In this document: piece by piece, positions 31,757 through 49,891 of the stretch
How the letters are laid out: each line of letters starts with the position of its first letter
How positions within the stretch are numbered: position 1 is the first letter of the stretch
Origin: Eledone cirrhosa
Taxonomy: Eukaryota
Direction of reading: 5' to 3'
DNA length: 64,000 nucleotides
Assembly (NCBI GenBank): GCA_964016885.1
Contig: OZ024749.1
Span: 50,220,001 to 50,284,000, forward strand
Position numbers and translations under genes: made by a program
The notes under the pieces: generated by a model
The model's input: only the letters and a program-made list of their open reading frames with translations
The model's database searches: none
What the model was told of the DNA's origin: nothing

Positions 31757-31853
31757 TACAAAATTAAATTAAGGGTTGTCATGTCTGAGAGACATCCGCC
31801 ATATCCACTGCAGAATAACCTCAAATATTCCAATGAATTGATCCGGGCATTTC

Positions 31854-32538
31854 ATATCAACTAGAAATAGATTGACATATATATAAAATAAACATATGTA
31901 ACAATCACAGGGAATAATTTGTAAAGTATGTAAGCACACATAGATAGGTAGGTAACCAATTAAAGTTTAACTAGAACTTCAAATATAGATACTTTGTATA
32001 TATTTCTTTAAATAAAAGATATATTTAACCAATTAATCAGTAAATCACAGTAGTCAAATCCTGGATGGTCATCAAAGGAGAAGATCCAACTATCTACGTT
32101 TACAAAGCAAATGCATGACAACCCTTAATTTATTTTGGGATATATATACGGCCCCTTACTTGTAGAGCTAACTCAGTTGAATGGATCGGCTGCTATTTCT
32201 AGCTGTCGATAATCCTAATCACGTCACTGGGATGACGCTGTGCGATGTGTGTATTTTCTTTAAATGTCACACGTGGGTCGAGTCATTCACAGATTTGCAT
32301 TTGCTTTGTAAACGCAGATAGTTGGATCTTCTCATTTGGTGACCATCCAGGTTTTGACTACTGTGATTTACTGAGTAATTGGTGAAATATATATTTTTTA
32401 TTTAAAGAAATATATACAAAGTAGATTAATCATTTTAAAAGGTATCTATATTTGAAGTTCTAGTTAAACTTTAATTGGTTAACAACCTAGCTATGTGTGC
32501 TTACCTCCTTTACAAATTATACCCTGTGATTGTTCCAT

Positions 32539-32571
<33 letters not shown>

Positions 32572-32594
32572 GTCAATCTATTTCTAGTTGATAT
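31854..32594. mobile_element. Long fold-back element: ~260-300 bp inverted arms, 180-bp spacer
   Basis: 31854-32115 is the reverse complement of 32296-32594, with scattered mismatches and indels. Confidence 0.85.
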
Positions 32595-32595
32595 A

Positions 32596-32655
<60 letters not shown>

Positions 32656-32656
<1 letters not shown>

Positions 32657-32837
32657 GTAGGTCCCGGGTTGAGTCGGGGATAACCACAGTAAGTAAGGTA
32701 CTCAATACATTGCAGAGTAAACATTTTTATTTAATAGAAGGAGCTTCTACAGGACTAGTACTGTTTCATTCAGATGAAATCTTCAGGAAGCTCATCTGAA
32801 TGAAACAGTACTAGTCCTGTAGAAGATCCTTCTATAA

Positions 32838-32842
<5 letters not shown>
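32656..32842 (-). mobile_element. Small (TA)n-embedded element with ~100-bp hairpin and HHR-like motif
   Basis: Palindrome 32734-32835; minus strand CUGAAGA-UUUCAUCUGAAU-GAAA-CAGUACUAG-UC. Confidence 0.6.
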
Positions 32843-32874
<32 letters not shown>

Positions 32875-32914
32875 AATGAAAATCCGAAGGCAAGGTAAAG
32901 TTCCAATCATTTAA

Positions 32915-32988
32915 TCACTGCACATGTTTCAATAAGAGATAGATCGATTGTGAAGCCACGATCGATTATCACTGATCTCATCAGGTGA
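32915..32988 (-). ncRNA. Hammerhead-like motif with long stem II
   Basis: UCAC-CUGAUGA-[GAU..GAUA.AUCGAU.GUG-GCUU-CAC.AUCGAU.UAUC..AUU]-GAAA-CAUG-U-GCA-GUGA; cleavage site non-canonical. Confidence 0.5.
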
Positions 32989-34616
32989 AAATGAATTGTC
33001 TTCGAATTCTTGATATGAGGGAGAAAAAAACGATGTTTCCTCATATAATTCATATATATATATGTATAATATATATTATTTAACCGGGTTTGCGTGTATA
33101 GAGCCGAAATTAGTGAATAAGTATACACTTCATTTTAAGCTTTCACCGTCATGTATTTTGTTCCAATTTAGATTTGTCAGACAGTGACCGATTATATGAA
33201 GAATATAGAAAAACGGTTTGCCGTGTTCTATGTAGAAATAATCCAACATATATTTGTTCAGTATGAAATACAAAGTAAATTCATATATCTATCTCTTATT
33301 TTCTACGTTGGAGCATTCATTTTAAATTCCTGAAATATTATTAATTAGTCCTTTTTTTATATTTACTCTCTAGACAGAGCCTGGTTCTTTCAGTTACGTC
33401 TATCCAGGATATTAATAAACCTTTATTCCATGCCTAAAATATCAACCTGATTTAAATATTTTTTGAAACTCACATGTACATTGTTAACAATATTTAAATG
33501 TTATTTATACGATTAATTTTTGAATTAAATTATTCTATGTTAGTTAAGTATTATTTTTATGGAATATACATGTTTGAAAATGAAAACATTTTTTTTACCT
33601 ATTTACTACATATTTTAAACATTTGTAGTAACGTAGAAGTTTCGATCAGAAAACAAAATACATAGGAACTTTCACTTAGAAACAATTTCGAAAGCAATTT
33701 TTTCAATATTTTCAGCAAATTTTTCGAAATATTATTGTCAATATATACGAAACGTGTTCGTTTTAAATATTAGAAAAATAATTTCAAACTAATATCTCGT
33801 CAGGTAAATATTGGTCGCTGAAAATATAACAAATTGTTATGAATAATTTATCATCATTTGCGTAGCTAATATGTAATTGAATAGGTTATCATTATTAAAA
33901 TTGTTTTCATTGCCATTTATATTATATCTAATTGAAAGCCAAACTATTATATTCCTTTCGGCATCATATTATATATTATGCATAGCTTCATTTCCTAAAC
34001 CGTATATATATATATAAATGTAATCTGAGTTTTCGAATATTAATAATAACATTTGATTCGTTTGCAATGATATATTATAGAAGATCAATTCGCCGGATGA
34101 TATGAGAATTTAAGAAAAGAAGCAAATTGATGATCATATACAGAACATTACAAGACCAACTTATATTAATAGGCTGTACTACATATGAAACACAGCAAGA
34201 TGAGGGCTGATTATTGTAGAAGACTGTGGAAAAACCGAGACAACGGGGAAATATGTTGGTCATAGTGAAGAGCTATTCTTATTGGCAATACTTTGTGAAA
34301 AGTTACTGATAGAAGGAAAAAGAACAAAAGAGAAAATCTGTAAGTTTCAAGTTAAACACTTTTATTTTTATGTTGTTTTTTGTTTTAGCTGACAGCATGT
34401 TTTTTATAATGCTTTCTCAACATTGGAATAAATGTTATTTCAGTGTTTATTGATATTTATACGATATTATATTCACTAAAATGCTGACATATAGACACAT
34501 ATATATGCAAGGATATTAGGTGTATAATACTACAGCCATTGTGTATTAGCTAAAATAATTACATAAATAAATTATTTTGACAAACATTAAAATATCAAGT
34601 GCTATCTAAAGAAAAA

Positions 34617-34816
34617 NNNNNNNNNNNNNNNNNNNNNNNNNNNNNNNNNNNNNNNNNNNNNNNNNNNNNNNNNNNNNNNNNNNNNNNNNNNNNNNNNNNN
34701 NNNNNNNNNNNNNNNNNNNNNNNNNNNNNNNNNNNNNNNNNNNNNNNNNNNNNNNNNNNNNNNNNNNNNNNNNNNNNNNNNNNNNNNNNNNNNNNNNNNN
34801 NNNNNNNNNNNNNNNN
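34617..34816. other. Assembly gap (200 N)
   Basis: Run of N. Confidence 0.99.
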
Positions 34817-35150
34817 AACCCACTCGATATGCAAATTGGCTACTCAGCCGTTAATATGCATAAGGTAAGTATATACGTTCAACAATCTGCAGGAAGCTAT
34901 ACGTTGCTGACGATAGCTAACAAGCTTGAAACTAGTACAGCGTTCCTTTGTCAGTGTTGAACAAACGAGCAACGGGTGGTTGCTAGACACTACGGCTTAA
35001 TACGGGATGTTTGTTTACAAACACACCGAGCATTATAATAAATGTTCGGTGAATCCATACGTGCATATAATATATGTGTGCATGTATGTATATATATATA
35101 TATACATACTACTGTACGTCGGTATACATATATGTATGTACGTGTACATA

Positions 35151-35153
<3 letters not shown>
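34817..35153 (+). mobile_element. Retrozyme-like repeat copy truncated by the gap
   Basis: Reverse complement of the 11.4 kb and 37.7 kb unit. Confidence 0.75.
34901..34943 (+). ncRNA. Type I hammerhead ribozyme
   Basis: ACGUUG-CUGACGA-U-AGCU-AACA-AGCU-U-GAAA-CUAG-UA-CAGCGU: 6-bp stem I, palindromic stem III ACUAGU, GUA site. Confidence 0.72.
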
Positions 35154-37673
<2,520 letters not shown>

Positions 37674-37727
37674 TGTAAGTATGTGTGTATACGTACATAC
37701 ATATATGTATACAGACGTACAGTAGCA

Positions 37728-37775
<48 letters not shown>

Positions 37776-37933
37776 TACATACATATACACATACATATAT
37801 GCACGTATCAGTTTAGCGGACGCTTATTATAACGCCGCTTTGTTCGTTTGTAAACAAACTGAACAGCCTGGGTTTTTATGCCGTACGGTGTTAAGGCAAC
37901 CACGTCACCTTTTTGTTCAACACTGACACAGGA

Positions 37934-37976
37934 ACGATGTACTAGTTTCATGCTTGTTAGTTATCATCAGCACCGT
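37934..37976 (-). ncRNA. Type I hammerhead, weakened stem II
   Basis: ACGGUG-CUGAUGA-UAACU-AACA-AGCAU-GAAA-CUAG-UA-CAUCGU. Confidence 0.55.
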
Positions 37977-38219
37977 ATACCCATCTGCCAGATAGTTGAA
38001 CGTTCGAAAGTATATACTTTCCTTATGAAAATTAACGGCTGAGCAGCCTAATTTGCATATTGAGTGAGCTAAGTCGGTCAGGCATACCGAAAACGATAAG
38101 TTGAAATAAAATGAAAACGAAATTTCATTTCTCACTCTTAGTACGGCACTTACTTAAATGTAAGTATGTGTATATACGTACATACATATATGTATACAGA
38201 CCTACAGTAGCATACACAC

Positions 38220-38273
<54 letters not shown>

Positions 38274-38452
38274 TACATACATATACATACATATACATAC
38301 AGGTACACATACATATATGCACGTATCAGTTTAGCGGACGCTTATTATAACGCTGCTTTGTTGGTTTGTAAACAAACTGAACAGCCTGAGTTTTTTTGCC
38401 GTACGGTGTTAAGGCAACCACGTCACCTTTTTGTTTCAACACTGACACAGGA

Positions 38453-38495
38453 ACGATGTACTAGTTTCAAGCTTGTTAGCTATCATCAGCACCGT
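38453..38495 (-). ncRNA. Type I hammerhead ribozyme
   Basis: ACGGUG-CUGAUGA-UAGCU-AACA-AGCUU-GAAA-CUAG-UA-CAUCGU. Confidence 0.72.
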
Positions 38496-38755
38496 ATACC
38501 CATCTGTAGATAGTTGAACGTTCGAAAGTATATACTTTCCTTATGAAAATTAAACGGCTGAGCAGCCTAATTTGCATATCGAGTGAGCTAAGTCGGTCAG
38601 GCATACCGAAAACGATAAGTTGACATAATTAAATAGCTCAATGTAATAGAATGAAAACGAAATTTCATTTCTCACTCTTAGTGCGGCACTTACTTAAATG
38701 TAAGTATGTGTGTATACGTACATACATATATGTATACAGACGTACAGTAGCATGC

Positions 38756-38801
<46 letters not shown>

Positions 38802-38902
38802 TACATACATATACATACATATATGCACGTATCAGTTTAGCGGACGCTTATTATAACGCCGCTTTGTTCGTTTGTAAACAAACTGAACAGCCTGAGTTTT
38901 TA

Positions 38903-40135
<1,233 letters not shown>

Positions 40136-40558
40136 AAGAAGGGTAGATAGATAGATAGATATGAATATTGTTTTATCTATGCAATCTCCAGATCTCTATT
40201 TGAAAGATCTTATATGTCAGATATATCATATCGTCAGCACATATTTTTAATAATCCTTATTGTTAAAAATCAGTTTGACTTATTTCCTAATATGTAAGTC
40301 TTTATCAATATCTATATGTTTTTTTCAATTCCTTTCTTTGATTTCTTGAAATATATTTAATACTTCAGTAACGAAAATATTTAAATTATCGATACAATAT
40401 ATAAGATTGCGTTGTAATATATCAGGAATTATATTTATCGGCGCATCTAAATAAAAATTTGAAAATAAATTCGATGAATTATATAGTTCATAGATATATC
40501 ATGTTTAGAGACAATCACACATACGAGAATACACACATTTCACATATATAAATCTATA

Positions 40559-40626
<68 letters not shown>

Positions 40627-40679
40627 TATGAGTATATATGTATATGTCTGGCTGTATATATATTATATATATATATATC

Positions 40680-41372
40680 TATTGATATATATATATATAT
40701 AATCATACCTATATATATATATATATATATATAACCTTTAATCTGATCTCATAATATATGTATATATAGATATATATACTTATATATATATATTCATATA
40801 TATACTTATATATATATATATATTCATACCTATATATATATATATAACCTTTAATCTGATCTTATAATATATGTATATATAGATATATATACCTATAATA
40901 TACTTATATATACTTATATATATATATATATTCATATATATACTTATATATACTTATATATATATATATATTCATATATATACTTATATATACTTATATA
41001 TATATATATATTCATATATATACTTATATATATATATATATATATTCATATATATACTTATATATATATATATTCATATATATACTTATATATATATATA
41101 TTCATATATATACTTATATATATATATTATATATATTCATATATATACTTATATATATATATATTCATATATATATATATATATATATTCATATATATAT
41201 ATATATATATATTCATATATATATATATATATATTCATATATATATATATATATATATATATCATATATATATATATATATATATTCATATATATATATA
41301 TATATATTCATATATATATATATATATATTCATATATATATATATATATATTCATATATATATATATATATA

Positions 41373-41420
<48 letters not shown>

Positions 41421-41628
41421 TATATATATATATATATATTCATATATATATATATATATATTCATATATATATATATATATATTCATATATATATATATA
41501 ATATATATTCATATATATATATATATATATATATTCATATATATATAATATATATATATTCATATATATATATATATATATATTCATATATATATATATA
41601 TATATATTCATATATATATATATTATTC

Positions 41629-41660
<32 letters not shown>
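40680..41660. repeat. (TA)n-derived minisatellite with TTCAT/TACTT spacers
   Basis: TTCATATATA recurs about every 20 bp; AACCTTTAATCTGATCT duplicated near 40733 and 40846. Confidence 0.85.
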
Positions 41661-41661
<1 letters not shown>

Positions 41662-42276
41662 TATACACACACGACGCATATGTGTGTCTATGTGTGTGCG
41701 GGTTTGTATGTGTGTATCATACATCTTCATATGTTATCATGTGTATGTTAGCATACATCTTGATTCAATAAATCCACAAGCGCACTAATATTTTAAGGTT
41801 GTTGGAAATAAATTTTCATGCTCATTTATTCTAAATATTGCCAAATTATTATTCGTGTTATTATCCTTTTAAGGTTTTTAAGGAATTTTATTTTTGTGGT
41901 TTTGTCGTTCTTGATGTTATTGTATTTTTCCAAGGTGCCCTCTTTTTTTAATGGGGTTAGTTTGTCATGGATTTTAAGTAAATCACGCTCAGGGAAGTGA
42001 TAAATTTTATGGCTTCGTAGAGGTAAAAAAAAAGAGAAAATATTAAATATTCTATCTGAAAGAAAATAATACCTCATGCTGCCATCCGAATGAACAGAAA
42101 TTTATCAAAGAGGTAAATGTGAAATAATAATAATAATATTAATAATAATAATAATAATAAAAAATAATAATAATAATAATAATAATAATAATTATAGTGA
42201 AGAAGAAGAACAAGAACACAAAAAAAACAACATGAACAACAACACAACAAAAATCATTAATATTGCTATTGTACAT

Positions 42277-42348
<72 letters not shown>

Positions 42349-42354
42349 AAAATG

Positions 42355-42550
42355 AAATAGAATGAAACGAAATTTCATTTCTCATTCTTACTACGGCACT
42401 TACTTAAATGAAAGTATGTATGTAAACGTACATACATATATGTATACAGACGTACAGTAGTATGTATACATATACACACATGCACACACATATATATATG
42501 CACGTATCGGTTTACCGAACATTTATTATAATGCTGGGTTTGTTTGTTTG
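42355..42550 (-). mobile_element. Partial copy of the retrozyme-like unit, lacking the HHR
   Basis: GAAATTTCATTTCTCA..CTTA.TACGGCACTTACTTAAATG...ACAGACGTACAGTAG. Confidence 0.75.
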
Positions 42551-42592
42551 TTATATATATATATATATATGCATACACATATATATATATAC

Positions 42593-42623
<31 letters not shown>

Positions 42624-42688
42624 TTGGGAAGTGATGGAGGAAAACGAATGAATTTGGAGATGAAAGCAAACAAAAGAGGAATACATGC

Positions 42689-42720
<32 letters not shown>

Positions 42721-42798
42721 TATATAAATATATATGTATATATATATATATGTATATATATAAATATATATGTATATATATATATATAAATATATATG

Positions 42799-42838
<40 letters not shown>

Positions 42839-42848
42839 AATATATATG

Positions 42849-42886
<38 letters not shown>

Positions 42887-42890
42887 AATA

Positions 42891-42938
<48 letters not shown>

Positions 42939-42948
42939 AATATATATG

Positions 42949-42986
<38 letters not shown>

Positions 42987-42996
42987 AATATATATG

Positions 42997-43030
<34 letters not shown>

Positions 43031-43040
43031 AATATATATG

Positions 43041-43109
<69 letters not shown>

Positions 43110-43116
43110 ATATATA

Positions 43117-43201
<85 letters not shown>

Positions 43202-43971
43202 GCTCATGCGTGTATTTGCACATTTGTATATATATGTATGAAATATACATACATGATAGCTATATAAATTCCTTTAATTTTTCTTCGTAAATAGAATTTT
43301 ATCTCACTTTTCTTATTGTCTTTTTGTAGCATTCAAATCTGTGATGGCAATGAAGACAGTTATACAATCGATAATAAATGATAAGTTATGAAAATAAATT
43401 TAAGGCAGCAAATATTTACCATTATTTATTTGTTAATACTTATTTCTCACATATTAGTTATTCTTTCTATATCTTAAGATGTCATGTTTCTCTCCTTTCT
43501 TCATATAAATTGCTGATTAACTCACTGAATCTGCAATGGAGACACCTCTCCCTATAATTCGTATTTATTTCTGTTACTTTCCTCCTTAAAATATTTCTTA
43601 TTTTTTGAGAAAATTCATGATATATCTGGTGCTTCTTTTAACATTTCCTTGATAAATAGAAAGTAGGAGAATAGCAAAAACCAATATAAAATAATAATTT
43701 AGATCGCTTCAATAAACGCTTTATGAAATTTAGTTTTACATTTCTGTGTTCTGTTATTAAATCCTGCCATGACGAGGTTTACTGATGCGCTGTAACTAGT
43801 TCAATCCAATCAGAGAATAACATGAGTATATTGTCAAGTGTGTGCAATAGAATATATTTACATTATCAAATCTACGTATGCTAATTGAGGAAATAATGAT
43901 GAATATTCATTTTCAATTACAAGCGGATAATCATTGGTAGAAGCAGGTGCACTTGAAGAAAGTAAACCTGT

Positions 43972-44158
43972 TAATAATTGTTTCTACTTTTCGCACATGG
44001 CCAGCACTTATCCCAGTGCATTACTGGTACTTTATTATATCGACCCCTTGAGGATGAAAGGTAAATTTAACCTCGGCGGGATTTGAACTCATACCGTAAA
44101 GGGGAGTAACTCTTTGTTACAAAGCATGGCGTCCGACCCTCTATCGATACATGCCATT
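43972..44158 (-). mobile_element. tRNA-derived SINE
   Basis: Reverse complement of the family consensus. Confidence 0.85.
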
Positions 44159-45262
44159 CATTATTTTCTTGATTCCAGAACGGTTTAACACAATTTTTTT
44201 CATACAACATTGAAACAAGCAACATGCATGTAGGTTTCTAAATATCAGTTTGAAAATTATGCCAATCACCACCCCTTTTTATAATTGCTATCTAAATTTG
44301 GTACTAGCGCTGAAGAAGGTTCCGATATGTTTCTGGCCTATTATTGTTTCGAACTCAGAATAAACGTATTCAAAGTTGAAATCCGACACCATAATAAATT
44401 CAGGCAGCACCCAGCCGTTTACAAATATTTATTCGTTGTTTCGTTGTAATTTTAGTCATAGAAGGCCAGAAATAAATCTACGCATACCTAGAAAGGAAAC
44501 GCCAGAAAGAAGGCCGGGAATTATAAGTGGAGAAAAAGCGAAAAATAGCATTACGATATATGAGGGGGGGGGGTTCAATAATTCTAGTACCGAGTCCCAA
44601 ACACAACGACAGAGAAACAGCTAGAATAGTGATGTGTTATGAGATGTACGAAACATTCTGGCAGTAGAGATCATATCTTTGTCTTTAGTGTAAATCAATG
44701 CTACCTTAACCTTGTTCCGCATTGTACAGGGTGTGTTAACTCTGTAATTGTTTTTATACCCGCATATTTAGATAAATGTAGACCATTAAATGGACGTATT
44801 GTTGATAATAGGGGTAGTTCTCGATCGTGTGCACCGTGATTTCATAGTACATTATGAAAAATTTAACGCCAACCATCTTACTATTGCAGCTGTTTTTTCC
44901 AAAATTTCACTTGTTTCAAAATTTATTCATGAACAATGATACAACACTGCGAATATTTTTGTCAAACATTATCGGGGAAACCGCCTCAGATAAAACAATA
45001 TATCTTTGTATTTTTGTAGGACAATTAATAAGAAGTAAAAGGTATTACAAATTCCTGCTTCAAAACAAAAGAATAAAACAGACTTACATTTTCACATATA
45101 TTCTGCATTCTTTAATAATTTAATTTTTCGGTCGTTTGTCATTGCTCTTAACCAGCAAAGTAAAAAAAGCGAGGGCATCCTAGATATATGAACGCGTTGT
45201 TATATATACATATATTCTCTCTCTCTTTCTCTCGCTCTCTCTTTCTCTCTCTCTCTCTCTCG

Positions 45263-45309
<47 letters not shown>

Positions 45310-45326
45310 ACTCACTCTTTCTCTCT

Positions 45327-45381
<55 letters not shown>

Positions 45382-45384
45382 CAT

Positions 45385-45563
45385 GGTGGATTGGCAGGAT
45401 CGGTAGATGGTTGGACGCCATGCTTTGACGCATAGAATTACATCCCTTGCCATTTTGAGTTCAAATCCCGCCGAGGTTAACTTTGCCTTTCATCATTACG
45501 GAGTCGATAAAATAAAGTACCAGTAATCCACTCGATAATTGCTGGCCTTGTGCCAAAAGTAGA

Positions 45564-45567
<4 letters not shown>
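45385..45567 (+). mobile_element. tRNA-derived SINE inserted in (TA)n
   Basis: Family consensus. Confidence 0.88.
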
Positions 45568-45606
<39 letters not shown>

Positions 45607-46972
45607 TTGTGTGTGTGGGTGTGGGTTTGTGTGTGTAAAAGGAAATTGTTTCTATGCATGCCATACTACGTAAAAAAACGTTGACAGAGATCGATGACGA
45701 GCGAGAGGGAAGGAGGATTCATAAACTATTTGACTTTTGTTTTATTAATGTAATTGTTACTGTTTCATTAGTTGGCAACACAGAACACTTTTCATTTATT
45801 GTAATGTCAGTTAATCCTATTTACAAAATCAGTGGAATCGTGTTTAAAGATTACTGCACGGCTGTACCATTAAAAACCACTCCTGCATTCAGAATAGTTT
45901 CGGAACAAGTATTCATGGTGGTGACAGCAGCAGCAGCTCTTGTGTTGGTGGTGGCTGTTATATTTAGCTTTTGGAAATGGTTTCTGTGTTATTGATGATT
46001 GAAGAGAAGTCCTGTTATTGGTAGTTGTAGTTGTAGAAATGAATGAGATGAAGGGAGCTATTGGGAGTGTTTTAAGTGGTAAAGTTATTGCACTTTTAGC
46101 AAACTGACATAAGTACCACCCTGTTCAATATCTTACAAAAGCAAACACGTAACCAGCTCCTACCTCTACAGCTATCAATGTTGTTTAATATGAGAGAAAA
46201 ACATGCAGCGCATGCCAGCAGCACCTACTTCATCCATTAGTGTCAGTGACTTTGGCCTAAGTACATATCCACGTTTTCATCACAGAACTTATTCTATCAC
46301 ATATAATTTTCACACAATGTACCATGTAACTTCGTCAAAGTACTTCTCAGAAAACTGTAAACCCAGTTAGTATCCCAGATCCTATGTCTGACATTTATGA
46401 ATTATCAAAAGAAGAAATGAGATAAAAGATACAATCAAAGTTAAAAATGATGCTGTTTTTCACAACGGAATAAAAAATCCTAGCAAAAACTGAAAAGCAA
46501 CTAAAGACATTTAAGATAATCCATTATAGAGTCTATCACACATCTCCTACAATTAAATCTACTACCAGTGAAACAAACGTGCATAACTTTGAATTTCCTC
46601 CGAATAGACATCACCTAAATGGATTGAAAGTAATGTCTACATAATTTAATTTAATCTGCTTGACAATTCTCATTATGCCACATGTAATGCATCAGAAAAT
46701 AACACAATAAAATAAAGTTGAAAAACAACATTACGAAACACTTTGAACCAAGTAACCGGAGTTTGAGTAAATGGTGAGCGGAAGCGATATGTAGGAAGAA
46801 AATAACGACCAGTAAATTATCTGTATAAAACGATTTATATTCCAGCAACAAATATAAACACTTTAAAGAAAGACACAAACGTAAGCACATCACGATCACA
46901 TGTACAAGTAATACTCATCTACAATCTATATCAATCTAACTATCTATCTATTTTGCTCTCTCTTTCTCTCTC

Positions 46973-47030
<58 letters not shown>

Positions 47031-47255
47031 CGGGGTAACAAATTATTGTTATAGGTAGTCCACTTAAGTGTAGTCCAGTTATGGTACTCCGGGTAGTGGA
47101 TGATATCGACGCTTGGCCAAGTTTGACTCAACAAGGCGTTTCCATAGTGATGTTGCGAGTACGCTGAAATTCCTATGTTGTAAACACTTGGAGTAATGAT
47201 AAATCAGGAAACTATATATAGTAGCCATGCATGTATATTCTTTTCATTCTCACAA

Positions 47256-47361
47256 GCTCCGATGAATTGACTGGTTATAACTTTGTATTGGTGATTGAAT
47301 AACGGGATAATAAGCGGGTAGCGATCTCTAGACCTACCAGCTCAGAGAAACAATTGTCAGC
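47256..47361 (+). ncRNA. Hammerhead-like motif, CCGAUGA core variant
   Basis: GCU-CCGAUGA-..UGA-CUGG...CCAG-CUCA..-GAAA-CAAUUG-UC-AGC. Confidence 0.45.
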
Positions 47362-47411
47362 AATAAGATTAAAAATCTTTTTTGTATAGCAAACCGTGTC
47401 ACTCTTCTTTC

Positions 47412-47442
<31 letters not shown>

Positions 47443-47445
<3 letters not shown>

Positions 47446-47499
47446 AACCAGTAGAACCCCGACGGCTGAGCTCAAGCCGTCGGGGTCCTACTCGTTCCT
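47443..47499. other. GC-rich 57-nt hairpin abutting (TA)n
   Basis: AGGAAC.AGTAG.ACCCCGACGGCT / AGCCGTCGGGGT.CTACT.GTTCCT. Confidence 0.75.
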
Positions 47500-47780
47500 G
47501 TTACCCACTCTACTACCCTACGTATTGAGTACTTTGGTGCGTTATGGTCTATCTGGTGCCGTACAACATTTTCTTCGTTATATGTATATATATATGGCAA
47601 CATAAATGGACTTGTTATTTCTCTCTATTTTGTTTTCCATTCCTCAATATTTCTATCTGTGCATCAAACGTAAAAATATATATTTCATCATTGTACTGCG
47701 TCGTTTGCTTTGTTATTTCTGTTTGCCCTTTGGATACGTACATATATATATATATTTGTGTGTGTATGTGTGTATGTATG

Positions 47781-48061
<281 letters not shown>

Positions 48062-48669
48062 CTTGCTTGCATTTGAATATATATCGTAAGAAATATAATG
48101 TTAACATACACATTTTGATCATTACTATTTTTCCTTTCTTACATTCAACTTACTCCCACCTCTGTATTTCCTCCTTAACCGGCGTTGTTACGTCATTATA
48201 TACCACCACCTTTTTATTGAAGTAGATTCCAAAACCTACCCATCTTTCATATCCCGTAATGCTACAAGCAAATTATAACATTTTAATATATATGGCTAAA
48301 TACATAAAGGGAAAGTAGAGACACAAGTAGTGTGAGAGATACATTGAAAATAGTTTTGTGAATAATAATCAATAACCTTGCCTGGGCACTTGTAAATGGC
48401 TTTCAAAGACAGGGTGGTCTCATTAAAAGGAACTTAATATATATTCTGAAATTGTAGTTGAAGGCAACGGAATATTTTCTTCATGTTATTGCACACGATA
48501 TTATAAAGAATTCAATATATGTCTTCCCATATGTCAATGTAGTCGTTGTGTGTTTATCTGTATGAAACAGTGTGTATTTATATAATTTACGTGTGTACGG
48601 ACACATATATCAAACAATTTATAATGTTATAATGTGTACTATAATATATTCAGTAGCCTTAAACTAACA

Positions 48670-49891
<1,222 letters not shown>

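Larger units (their letters stand above)
37674..38902 (-). mobile_element. Tandem array (~2.4 units) of the HHR-bearing retrozyme-like repeat
   Basis: Units start at 37674, 38159 and 38699; HHRs at 37934-37976 and 38453-38495, 519 nt apart; non-coding. Confidence 0.8.

Noticed and set aside
32190-32202. GCTAGAAATAGC (minus strand) resembling an sgRNA scaffold; spaced repeats resembling CRISPR at 48.7 kb and 53 kb
   Set aside because: Short chance match in eukaryotic DNA; no unique spacers or cas genes
33739-33813. Minus-strand CUGACGA with stems II and III
   Set aside because: GAAA is missing, stem I is mis-registered, and AT-rich pairing could be chance
34219-34345. Possible exon (TAG acceptor, open frame, GTAAGT donor)
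   Set aside because: Weak pyrimidine tract, unrecognisable peptide and no partner exons; needs RNA-seq
34595-34868. ORFs containing X runs
   Set aside because: They span the assembly gap
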